Below are positions 9,137-17,192 of a stretch of DNA of 32,000 nucleotides, piece after piece. The stretch lies in NCBI GenBank assembly GCA_041662745.1, contig JBAZRV010000002.1, positions 30,001-62,000 on the forward strand. The letters run 5' to 3'. A program made the translations under genes and the position numbers. The notes beneath the pieces were generated by a model, which saw nothing but the letters and a program-made list of their open reading frames with translations, did not search any database and was not told the DNA's origin. Source of the stretch: Patescibacteria group bacterium (GTDB lineage Bacteria > Patescibacteriota > Patescibacteriia > 2-01-FULL-39-33). Every line of letters starts with the position of its first letter. The first letter of the stretch is position 1.

Positions 9137-10171
9137 ATGAATGAAACGAATAAAATTCAGTATTTCTGGGATATTTGCGGCCAGGAAAAAGTCGTTGATT
9201 TTTTGAAGTCGGCCATAAAAAATAATCGTGTCGGTCACGCCTATATCTTCACGGGTCCGGACGCCTTGGGCAAAGAGACCATCGCCAATCAATTCATTAA
9301 ATCCTTAATGTGCACCGGAACCGGAGAAACCAAGCCTTGCAATGATTGCGCCGTTTGCCGGCAGATAAATAACAGAACCCATCCTGATGTTTTTCGCTTA
9401 GGCCGGATTCAGGATGAAAAGACCGGCAAATGGAAACGGGATATTATTATTGATCAGATTCGTGAATTGAAATACAAATTGTCGCAAGGCAGTTTCTTGT
9501 CCGGCTGGAAGGCGGCGATAATTTCCGAAGCGGAGTTGCTTAATATAAATTCCGCCAATGCTTTTTTGAAAGTCTTGGAGGAGCCGACAGCCAAAACCAT
9601 TATCATTCTGATTGTCAGTGACATTTCTGCTGTTCCCAAAACCATCGCTTCCCGTTGCCAGGTTTTGAGCTTTTTGCCGGTTGCCCGCAAGGAGATTAAG
9701 GATTATCTTCTGTCAAATGAGGTGGCAGAAGAAATTGCTGAAAGATCGGCACGCCTGGCTTTGGGCCGGCCGGGACGGGCTGTGGCCCTGGCCAATAATC
9801 AGGAGCTGTTGAATGAAGAGCAGGAGCAAATCGATTCATTATTAAAAATCTTGCCCCTGCCTTTAGTAGGACGCCTGAAACTATTGGATGAAGTGTTTAA
9901 GGCGGACAAGGATGAAGCCATCAGTTCAGATCGCGCCCATCGCTTAATGGAGAGTTGGCAGATAACTTTGCGGGATTTGATACTGCTTAAATTGAACAGT
10001 GAATATTATATGTCTAATTTGTCGTCTTTGCCGTTATTGTATGAAATCAGGGATAAGGTTAGCTGGGAAAGGGTTCTGAATGCGGATCGGTTGATCAGCG
10101 AATTGAAAAAAATGTTTAATAATAACATCAGCTCTAAGAATATTTTGGAGAACTTGGTTATTAATTTATAA
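9137..10171 (+). CDS. holB: DNA polymerase III subunit delta'
   Basis: GHAYIFTGPDALGKETIANQF, CNDCAVC, NSANAFLKVLEEPTAKTIIILIVSD...IASRCQVLSF. Confidence 0.9.
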   Translation: MNETNKIQYFWDICGQEKVVDFLKSAIKNNRVGHAYIFTGPDALGKETIANQFIKSLMCTGTGETKPCNDCAVCRQINNRTHPDVFRLGRIQDEKTGKWKRDIIIDQIRELKYKLSQGSFLSGWKAAIISEAELLNINSANAFLKVLEEPTAKTIIILIVSDISAVPKTIASRCQVLSFLPVARKEIKDYLLSNEVAEEIAERSARLALGRPGRAVALANNQELLNEEQEQIDSLLKILPLPLVGRLKLLDEVFKADKDEAISSDRAHRLMESWQITLRDLILLKLNSEYYMSNLSSLPLLYEIRDKVSWERVLNADRLISELKKMFNNNISSKNILENLVINL

Positions 10172-10212
10172 AAATAAAAATCATTCAATATTGATTATTA
10201 ATCATTAAACAT

Positions 10213-11274
10213 ATGCTTGTCAAAAAACTTGTTCCTTTTTTAGCGTTAGCCGTCATTCTGGGCGGTTGCACTATCGGCGCTCCGCTCAGCACCACCACTA
10301 AGGCGGCTGACGGCGGCATCTGGAAATCAGCCGATAGCGGCAAGACCTGGACGCAAACCAATGATGTTTTAACGACTAAGGGCAAGGTTGCCTCCATTGC
10401 CTCGGTTGATATCAGAAAGGTCTCGCTTGATCCTCAAGATGCTACAGCCCTGTATCTGAGTACAGAAAAAAACGGCGTTGTTTATTCGCTTGACGGCGGC
10501 GCTTCCTGGCAGCAATTTAAAAAGCTGAAATTTGATAAAGTGAGAAAAGTCGTTGTCAGTCCGCAGAATAAATGCGTTTTTTATGTTTTATTGGATACTT
10601 ATGTGTTTAAAACCGATAATTGCGGGCGTGATTTCGTTAATGTTTATTATCATCAAAAAGCCAACGTGGTTTTAACCGATATCAGTATTGACCCGGCCAA
10701 TCCCGATATTATGCTGATGGGCACCAGCGCCGGAGAAATTTTGAAAAGCACTAATGCCGGCCAGGCCTGGGTGACTGCCCAGCGCGTTACTGGCGGCGTA
10801 ATTAAGGACATTCTGTTTGATCCGCGCGATTCCCGAACGGTTTATGTCGGCACTGACAAAGAAGGGATTTATAAAACCACCAATAGCGGCGACTCTTGGC
10901 GGTCATTGGGCGAGGGCTTAAAATCATATATCGGCAGCCAGCAGTATCAGCAGTTAATAATTGATAAGGCCACGCCTAACGGTTTGATTTTCATTTCTAA
11001 ATTCGGCATGTTGAGAAGCTCCGACGGCGGCAATACCTGGAGTATAGTTGATCTGTTGCCGGCTCAGCGTTCCGCTACGATTTTGACGGTGGCGGTTAAT
11101 CCTAAGGCTAGCAATGAGATCTATTATGCGACTGCCGGCGCTTTAGTCAAATCGATTGATGGCGGTAAGACTTGGTCATCGCGCAAATTGCCGTACAGCC
11201 GTTTGACCACGGCCATTGTCGTCAACCCGGATACGCCGGCCACGGTTTATCTGGCGACGGAGCTGGCGCAGTAG
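10213..11274 (+). CDS. BNR/Ycf48-like beta-propeller lipoprotein
   Basis: Lipobox (AVILGGC) plus repeated Asp-box-like units: SADSGKTW, SLDGGASW, STNAGQAW, TTNSGDSW, SSDGGNTW, SIDGGKTW. Confidence 0.85.
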   Translation: MLVKKLVPFLALAVILGGCTIGAPLSTTTKAADGGIWKSADSGKTWTQTNDVLTTKGKVASIASVDIRKVSLDPQDATALYLSTEKNGVVYSLDGGASWQQFKKLKFDKVRKVVVSPQNKCVFYVLLDTYVFKTDNCGRDFVNVYYHQKANVVLTDISIDPANPDIMLMGTSAGEILKSTNAGQAWVTAQRVTGGVIKDILFDPRDSRTVYVGTDKEGIYKTTNSGDSWRSLGEGLKSYIGSQQYQQLIIDKATPNGLIFISKFGMLRSSDGGNTWSIVDLLPAQRSATILTVAVNPKASNEIYYATAGALVKSIDGGKTWSSRKLPYSRLTTAIVVNPDTPATVYLATELAQ

Positions 11275-11349
11275 GTAAATTAATAATTAATTGGCTTTAT
11301 GGATATTTTAGTCGTGAACCCCGCGCCATAAGCCCCATAACTATACAAT

Positions 11350-11901
11350 ATGAGCATCATCGATGATCACAAAAATGAATTTATAAAAGTCGTAGACCAT
11401 TTTAAGACGGAATTGGGACAGCTCAAAACCGGCCGAGCCAATCCGGCGATCTTGGACGGCGTCAGGGTGCAGAATTACGGTACGTTAATGCCCCTCAATC
11501 AAGTTGCTTCCGTTAGTATCGGCGACTCCCGATCGCTTTTGATTCAGCCCTGGGACAAAAGCATCGTCAAAGAGATTGAGAAGGCGATTTTGGAATCAAA
11601 TTTGAATTTGTCGCCGTCAAACGAGGGTGAAAGAATCAGGATTTCTCTGCCGGTGATGACCGAGGAAACCAGGCGTGATACGGTCAAATTATTGCATCAG
11701 AAGGCGGAGCAGGCCAAGATCGCCATTCGTTTGGAACGCGATCAAGTTAAGGGGAAGATTGAAGCGGCTGAGGAGAATAAGGAATTCGGCGAAGATGAGA
11801 GATTCCGCCTCTTGGAGGAGCTGGATAAGACGGTGGGAAAGTATAACGAAGAAGTCAAGGGTTTGGTGGAGAAAAAAGAGGAAGAAATAATGACAGTTTA
11901 A
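11350..11901 (+). CDS. frr: Ribosome recycling factor
   Basis: LKTGRANPAILDGVRVQNYGTLMPLNQVASVS...IQPWDKS...RISLPVMTEETRRD. Confidence 0.96.
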   Translation: MSIIDDHKNEFIKVVDHFKTELGQLKTGRANPAILDGVRVQNYGTLMPLNQVASVSIGDSRSLLIQPWDKSIVKEIEKAILESNLNLSPSNEGERIRISLPVMTEETRRDTVKLLHQKAEQAKIAIRLERDQVKGKIEAAEENKEFGEDERFRLLEELDKTVGKYNEEVKGLVEKKEEEIMTV

Positions 11902-12006
11902 CTATAAATTCCGAAGCTTATAAAGTCCTTAAAGTAAAAAGTCGTAAGAACTTGTTGGATTATTTTTTCAGCTTTAAAAACTTCCGACTTCCAATCACAT
12001 AATTTT

Positions 12007-13164
12007 ATGTTACTAACGATTATCATATTTATTTTAGTTTTATCCTTACTGGTGTTTGTCCATGAGTTGGGGCATTTCTTAACAGCCCGGGGATTCGGCG
12101 TTAAGTGCGAAGAATTCGGCATGGGTTTGCCGCCGCGCGTTATCGGTTGGCAAAAATACCAAGGACGTTGGCGTTTAATCTGGGGCAATAGGGAAATCGC
12201 TCCGGCTGAACCGATGATTTATTCCATAAACTGGATTCCGGTGGGCGGATTTGTCAAAATTAAAGGCGAGAATGGCGAGCAGGCGAGCGAGGCTGACAGT
12301 TTCGGTCATAAGCCGATTTGGCAAAGGAATATTATCCTGGCCGCCGGCGTAACCATGAACTTGATTCTTTGCGTCCTGCTTTTATCGCTGGGTTTTGCTA
12401 TCGGCATGCCCTCGGCGGTGGAAGATAACCAGGGCGGTAAATTTGTTGCTCCGCCGGAAGTGCAAGTTACGGAAATATTGCCGGATATGCCGGCTGCCCA
12501 AAACGACATTAAACCGGGTGATATCATAGCCAAGGTTAACGGTGTAGAAATAACCTCTTCGCAAGGGCTTAAGGATAATTTTAATCAACTAGTCGGCCAA
12601 ACCGCCAGAATTACAATTGAGCGTGATAATGCGCAATTGGAAAAAGATATTATGATCGCGCAAAAAGACGGCATTATCGGCATCGGCATTGGCATAATGG
12701 ATGTCGGCGTAGTGCGTTATCCCTTGCCTTTAGCTTTATGGCAGGGACTCAAGATGACTTGGCAGTGGCTGGTTTTGATTGTTTTGGCGGTGGCGGGTTT
12801 AATTCGGCAACTGTTCGGCGGGCCATCCCTGGGTTTGGATTTTGCCGGTCCGGTCGGCATTGCGGTGATGACCGGACAAGCGGCCAAAATGGGTTGGATT
12901 TATGTGTTGCAATTCGTTGCTTTGCTGTCCTTGAATCTGGCCATTATCAATATTCTGCCATTTCCAGCTTTAGACGGCGGTAGAATAATGTTTTTAGCGG
13001 TGGAGAAAATCCGCGGTAAAGCGGTCAACAGCAAATGGGAGAATTTGTCACACAATGTCGGTTTTCTGCTGTTAATGTTGCTTATCGTAGTCATCACTTA
13101 TCGTGATATTATCAGATATGGCGCGAAGATTATCAGCGTGTTTAAGCGCAGTGTCGGATTATAG
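12007..13164 (+). CDS. rseP: RIP (site-2-type) zinc metalloprotease, RseP family
   Basis: VHELGHFLTARGFGVKCEEFGMG (HExxH), PDZ-like region, NIINILPFPALDGGRI. Confidence 0.93.
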   Translation: MLLTIIIFILVLSLLVFVHELGHFLTARGFGVKCEEFGMGLPPRVIGWQKYQGRWRLIWGNREIAPAEPMIYSINWIPVGGFVKIKGENGEQASEADSFGHKPIWQRNIILAAGVTMNLILCVLLLSLGFAIGMPSAVEDNQGGKFVAPPEVQVTEILPDMPAAQNDIKPGDIIAKVNGVEITSSQGLKDNFNQLVGQTARITIERDNAQLEKDIMIAQKDGIIGIGIGIMDVGVVRYPLPLALWQGLKMTWQWLVLIVLAVAGLIRQLFGGPSLGLDFAGPVGIAVMTGQAAKMGWIYVLQFVALLSLNLAIINILPFPALDGGRIMFLAVEKIRGKAVNSKWENLSHNVGFLLLMLLIVVITYRDIIRYGAKIISVFKRSVGL

Positions 13165-13165
13165 G

Positions 13166-13198
13166 AAAATAAAAATCCGACGAGGCGAGTCGTCGGAT
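13166..13198 (-). terminator. Probable rho-independent terminator of the minus-strand unit 13233-14266
   Basis: ATCCGACGA - GGCGAG - TCGTCGGAT, 9 bp perfect stem (13175-13198); minus strand followed by TTTTTATTTTCC. Confidence 0.75.
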
Positions 13199-13219
13199 CA
13201 ATAAAGTTCTGTTGGCGTT

Positions 13220-13267
13220 ACGGTTTGAATCCTTACATTATTGACGGTTTGAATCCTTCCATTATTG
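13220..13267. repeat. 24-nt tandem direct repeat, 2 copies, one mismatch
   Basis: ACGGTTTGAATCCTTACATTATTG (13220-13243) / ACGGTTTGAATCCTTCCATTATTG (13244-13267). Confidence 0.95.
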
Positions 13268-13580
13268 ACAGTAGCCAGTTCACATGCGCGGCCCACTCAG
13301 TGAAATCTTTCATCGTGATGCCGCGTGGCAGAGAGGTTGATTTCTCAGTAAGAGAAATGTAGTTGCTTAAGTTACCTTTTTGATCCGATAGCAGTATATC
13401 TTCAATCGCTTTGATGGCTATATATGCCCTGGGTGACAAGGTGTTAGAGGAATTTATCAGTCTTTGTTCATTTTCCAGCTCCTTTTTTGTCTCTTCACAA
13501 GTTACTTGGTATGTTCTCATGGCATGCAAATGGTCCAGAAGCCGCCGGACAATCGTTACTTGATCCATGGTGGTAATCAT
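13233..13580 (-). CDS. Hypothetical protein, tandem paralog 3 (MITTMDQVTIVRRLLDHLHAM...)
   Basis: Listed ORF begins at 13625, but the MITTMDQ ATG at 13580 has a strong SD (GAGGAGG). N-terminus resembles the two upstream ORFs. Confidence 0.75.
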   Translation of the reverse strand: MITTMDQVTIVRRLLDHLHAMRTYQVTCEETKKELENEQRLINSSNTLSPRAYIAIKAIEDILLSDQKGNLSNYISLTEKSTSLPRGITMKDFTEWAAHVNWLLSIMEGFKPSIM

Positions 13581-13649
13581 GATTTCCTCCTCTTCAGTTG
13601 AAGATCTCGTGTTCAATATAGGCAATATAAGCCCGTTCTAGCTAAAACT

Positions 13650-13949
13650 CTAACCAAGGCATGGAAATGGGCCTGACAACAGGGTGTTATAGACAAATGG
13701 TTTGATGAAATCAAACCAACCGATGAATGTCTTGATAGTATGCGTACTGTGGGTTATGAAACATTCGCTGCATAGTACTTCGCCGGTGTTGCTTCTTCCA
13801 ATAAGCTCTTCTAAATGAAGGATAATGAGAAAGGCCTCATTTGAATAGCGCTTAGTTTGACCATCCATTATCTCATGGCTGTTAATCAACTGCTCTAAGC
13901 GATGAACATACCGGCTAATTAATTTGGCCTGATCTATCGAGGTAATCAT
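13650..13949 (-). CDS. Hypothetical protein, tandem paralog 2 (MITSIDQAKLISRYVHRLEQLI...)
   Basis: SD GAGGAGG; ATG overlaps the TGA of the upstream ORF (ATGA coupling). Confidence 0.75.
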   Translation of the reverse strand: MITSIDQAKLISRYVHRLEQLINSHEIMDGQTKRYSNEAFLIILHLEELIGRSNTGEVLCSECFITHSTHTIKTFIGWFDFIKPFVYNTLLSGPFPCLG

Positions 13950-14266
13950 GATTTTTCCTCCTCTTGAGTTGAGGTTTTGGGCATGGCTGATTCCGCCGCT
14001 TTTATAATTTTTCGACTCTCAACGATCAAATGAGTAATCTGCTGAATGGTTGGAGCCTCTGTCGGACAGGTTAATTCGCAAAAATAATTGAGATGATTAA
14101 CGCACGCTTCGGCTAAAATGGAAAGTTTTTTCTCTGATCCGCTACCGCTAATGCCCTCAATTTTTGGCACCCCATGATTATCAAAAAGCTTACCTCGGCG
14201 CTTAAGACTAGTCAATTTTTTCAAAAACCCCTTGGCGATAATGATTTTATCAAAAGTGTCAATCAT
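13946..14266 (-). CDS. Hypothetical protein, tandem paralog 1 (MIDTFDKIIIAKGFLKKLTSL...)
   Basis: SD AAGGAGA ahead of ATG; promoter just upstream. Confidence 0.75.
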   Translation of the reverse strand: MIDTFDKIIIAKGFLKKLTSLKRRGKLFDNHGVPKIEGISGSGSEKKLSILAEACVNHLNYFCELTCPTEAPTIQQITHLIVESRKIIKAAESAMPKTSTQEEEKS

Positions 14267-14320
14267 TCATATCTCCTTATGGTTTTAAAATACTATTTTA
14301 AGGTTCATTGCTGATTGACT

Positions 14321-14349
14321 ATGTTATCACGCCTTGTAAAGTTTGTCAA
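14321..14349 (-). promoter_or_regulatory. Sigma70-type promoter for the 14266-13233 unit
   Basis: Minus strand TTGACA - 17 nt - TAACAT with extended -10 TGA immediately before. Confidence 0.7.
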
Positions 14350-14402
14350 ATTCACCTTGTAAATACCATTTATAATTCAGTTACTGATTTAATACAATAA
14401 AT

Positions 14403-14768
14403 ATGAAAATAAGCCTGCCAAGCAGCCTCAATCCAATAGATGCCATTCGTCGTTGCGGTTATGGCCAAGTTTTAGATCGACGCGCCACCGAGCCAAGTTT
14501 TGCCCGCCGGCTGGGTACCGGCCTGTATCCGCGTTTCCATGCTTATATAAATCAAATCGGCGCCGGTTATGTGGTTAATCTCCATTTGGACCAAAAGCAA
14601 GCGTCTTACGAGGGCACAGCAGCGCACAGCGGCGAATACGAGGGTGGGGCGGTTGAAGCTGAGGGTCGCCGGATAGCCGAGTGTTTGCAAAAAGCGGCAA
14701 CGGAAAAATCAGCTCCGGCGGTTCCGGAAAAAGAGGAGAAAAAAGGCTTTTTCCATCGATTTTTCTAA
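14403..14768 (+). CDS. Hypothetical protein (121 aa)
   Basis: Clean ORF between divergent promoter region and proS; no obvious SD; composition and style consistent with a real protein. Confidence 0.65.
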   Translation: MKISLPSSLNPIDAIRRCGYGQVLDRRATEPSFARRLGTGLYPRFHAYINQIGAGYVVNLHLDQKQASYEGTAAHSGEYEGGAVEAEGRRIAECLQKAATEKSAPAVPEKEEKKGFFHRFF

Positions 14769-14808
14769 GTTTGACTTTAAGTCTTTATAATAGTAAAATA
14801 AGCCCATT

Positions 14809-16038
14809 ATGAAACAGTCCAAGCTATTCCCCAAGACATTAAAAAATCCGCCCAAAGACGCAACTTCCGCCAGCCACAGACTATTAGTGCAAGGCGGTTA
14901 TGTTGATATGCTCCAAGCCGGAGTTTACACTTATTTACCCCTTGGTTGGCGGGTAATCCAAAAAATCGTACGGATTGTGCGAGAAGAAATGGACGCTGAG
15001 GGCGGTCAAGAATTGCTTATGCCGGCCTTGCAACCTAAGAATATTTGGGAGGAAACCGGCCGGTGGAGCGGCAGTTTGCAGGAAGTGATGTATCAATTTA
15101 AAGATGCGGCCGGCAAAGAACTGGGATTGGCCGCTACGCATGAAGAGGTTATTTATGATTTGGCGCGCCGCTTCCTTTCTTCTTATAAGGAATTGCCTTT
15201 GGCTGTTTATCAAATCCAAAATAAATTTCGCGCCGAGCTCAGGGCTAAGGGCGGATTGATGCGCGGTCGCGAATTCATGATGAAAGACTTATACAGTTTT
15301 CATTTGAGCGAAGAAGATTTGAATCAGTATTATCAGCGTCAAATTGAGGCTTATAAACGCGTTTACAGCCGTTTGGGTTTGCAGGCTAAAGTCGTGGAGG
15401 CTTCCGGCGGTGTTTTTACCAAGAATTTTTCTCATGAGTTCCAAGTGGTCTCCGCCGCCGGCGAAGATAAGATTGTTTATTGCGACGGTTGCGACTTCGC
15501 GCAGAATGCGGAAATCGCGACGGTCAAGGCTGGTGAAAATTGCCCTAAATGCGGTTTGCCGGTCAAAGAGGGCAAAAGCATAGAAGTGGGCAATATTTTT
15601 AACTTCGGCGATAAGTACGCCAAGGATATGAACGGCTATATCAATGACGAGTCAGGCAAGAAATTGCCGATTCTGATGGCCTCTTACGGCATTGGAATTT
15701 CCCGGCTAGTGGCGACGATAGTGGAATTGTATCATGATGATAAAGGCATCGTCTGGCCGGAAAGCTCCTCGCCCTTTTCTGTTCATTTATTATCGCTTAA
15801 GGCGGATGCTCAAGCCGCTAAAGTTTACGATGAATTGATTAAGGCCGGCATTGAAGTATTATACGATGATCGCGACATTTCCGCCGGTCAGAAATTCGCC
15901 GATAGCGACTTGTTGGGCATCAGTTGGCGTTTAATCGTAAGCGAGAAAACGGGGGAGAAGGCGGAGATTAAGAAGAGGGAAGGAGCCGAGGCGGAATTAA
16001 TGACAACGGAAGAAGTTATTAAGAAATTGAAAAAATAA
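14809..16038 (+). CDS. proS: Proline--tRNA ligase, bacterial-type catalytic core without INS editing domain
   Basis: Motifs RLLVQGGYVDMLQAGVYTYLPLG, ATHEEV, FRAELRAKGGLMRGREFMMKDLYSFH, GISRLVATIVE; 409 aa, INS region replaced by a short CxxC...CxxC segment. Confidence 0.93.
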   Translation: MKQSKLFPKTLKNPPKDATSASHRLLVQGGYVDMLQAGVYTYLPLGWRVIQKIVRIVREEMDAEGGQELLMPALQPKNIWEETGRWSGSLQEVMYQFKDAAGKELGLAATHEEVIYDLARRFLSSYKELPLAVYQIQNKFRAELRAKGGLMRGREFMMKDLYSFHLSEEDLNQYYQRQIEAYKRVYSRLGLQAKVVEASGGVFTKNFSHEFQVVSAAGEDKIVYCDGCDFAQNAEIATVKAGENCPKCGLPVKEGKSIEVGNIFNFGDKYAKDMNGYINDESGKKLPILMASYGIGISRLVATIVELYHDDKGIVWPESSSPFSVHLLSLKADAQAAKVYDELIKAGIEVLYDDRDISAGQKFADSDLLGISWRLIVSEKTGEKAEIKKREGAEAELMTTEEVIKKLKK

Positions 16039-16098
16039 GGTTTTGCTTGTTTGAAGTTTATTGGCGGAGGCCGATTAAGAAACAGATAATTTTTCAAG

Positions 16099-17133
16099 AT
16101 GTTTAAAAAATTTTTCGGAAAATTCAATCGCGGCTTGGGCATTGACCTGGGCAGCGGCAATACCTTGGTCTATCAGCAGGATCGCGGTATTGTGATTGCC
16201 GAATCTTCGGTAGTGGCGGTAAATAATCGCACCGATCAGATTTTGGCGATCGGCGATGAGGCTCGAAGAATGCTGGGCAAAACTCCGCCGCATATTACCG
16301 CTACCCGCCCGCTGGAGTATGGCATTATTTCTGATTTTGAAGTAACCGAAAAAATGCTGAAGTTTTTTATGAACAAGGTTCGAGCCGGCCGCGTGGGATT
16401 TTCGGCTATGCCCATCGTAGTGGTGGGCGTGCCTTTGGATGTTACGGCAGTAGAGAAAAAAGCGGTGGCTGACGTGGTTATGGCCGCCGGAGCGGCGCAA
16501 GTTTATTTGGTGGAAAATGTCATGGCTACGGCTATCGGCGCGCGCATCCCCATTCAGGATCCGACCGGCAACATGGTGGTTAATATCGGCTGCGGTTTGG
16601 CCGAAGCCGCGGTTATTTCGTTGGACGGCATTGTTAATTTTAAGGTTTCCCGCGTCGCCGGCAACGCTTTGGACAAAGACATCATCAACTTCGCCCGCGA
16701 GGAATTCTCTTTGATTCTGGGTGAAATGGTAGCTGAAGACATTAAGAAAAAAATCGGTTCGGCTTTGCCGCTTAAAGAGCCGTTAGAAATGGCTATGCGC
16801 GGCCGCGATGTGATGACCGGTCTGCCGAGAGAGATAAAAGTCAATGATGCGCAAATCCGCGAAGCTATCGCCAAGTCGCTGGAAAAAATATTAAATACGA
16901 TTAAAGCGACCTTGGAAACCACTCCGCCGGAATTGGTAGCCGATATTTATCAGAAGGGAATTTATCTGACCGGCGGTACGGCTCAATTAAAAGAACTGGA
17001 TAACTATGTTTCCAAAGGCATCAATATACCGGTTCATATCGCTGAAGATCCGCAGACTTGCGCCGTGCGCGGCTTGGGATCGCTTTTAGACGATGAAGCT
17101 CTGCTGAAAGACATTGTCGTGCCGAATTCCTAA
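16099..17133 (+). CDS. mreB: MreB-like actin homolog with degenerate nucleotide-binding motifs
   Basis: GLGIDLGSGNTLVY, MLGKTP, RPLEYGIISDF, VENVMATAIGARIP, MVVNIGCGLAEAAVISLDG, AEDPQTCAVRG; first gene of mreB-mreC-mreD-PBP2 block. Confidence 0.92.
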   Translation: MFKKFFGKFNRGLGIDLGSGNTLVYQQDRGIVIAESSVVAVNNRTDQILAIGDEARRMLGKTPPHITATRPLEYGIISDFEVTEKMLKFFMNKVRAGRVGFSAMPIVVVGVPLDVTAVEKKAVADVVMAAGAAQVYLVENVMATAIGARIPIQDPTGNMVVNIGCGLAEAAVISLDGIVNFKVSRVAGNALDKDIINFAREEFSLILGEMVAEDIKKKIGSALPLKEPLEMAMRGRDVMTGLPREIKVNDAQIREAIAKSLEKILNTIKATLETTPPELVADIYQKGIYLTGGTAQLKELDNYVSKGINIPVHIAEDPQTCAVRGLGSLLDDEALLKDIVVPNS

Positions 17134-17192
17134 ATTGGCAGCCGATAATTAAGCCAATATCAAGAGATTTTTTTGATTATTTATTACGGCTC

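Noticed and set aside
10185-10397. Minus-strand 70-aa ORF over the start of the BNR lipoprotein
   Set aside because: Covered by the sense lipoprotein gene with a clean lipobox; no promoter or SD.
11902-12006. Imperfect inverted repeat AAAGTCGTAAG...CTTCCGACTT between frr and rseP as a structured RNA
   Set aside because: The stem has a mismatch and encloses a large AT-rich loop, with no T-tract or other supporting structure; too weak to claim.
13220-13267. 24-nt repeats as a CRISPR fragment
   Set aside because: Directly abutting copies without spacers, located at a coding C-terminus; tandem duplication explains them.
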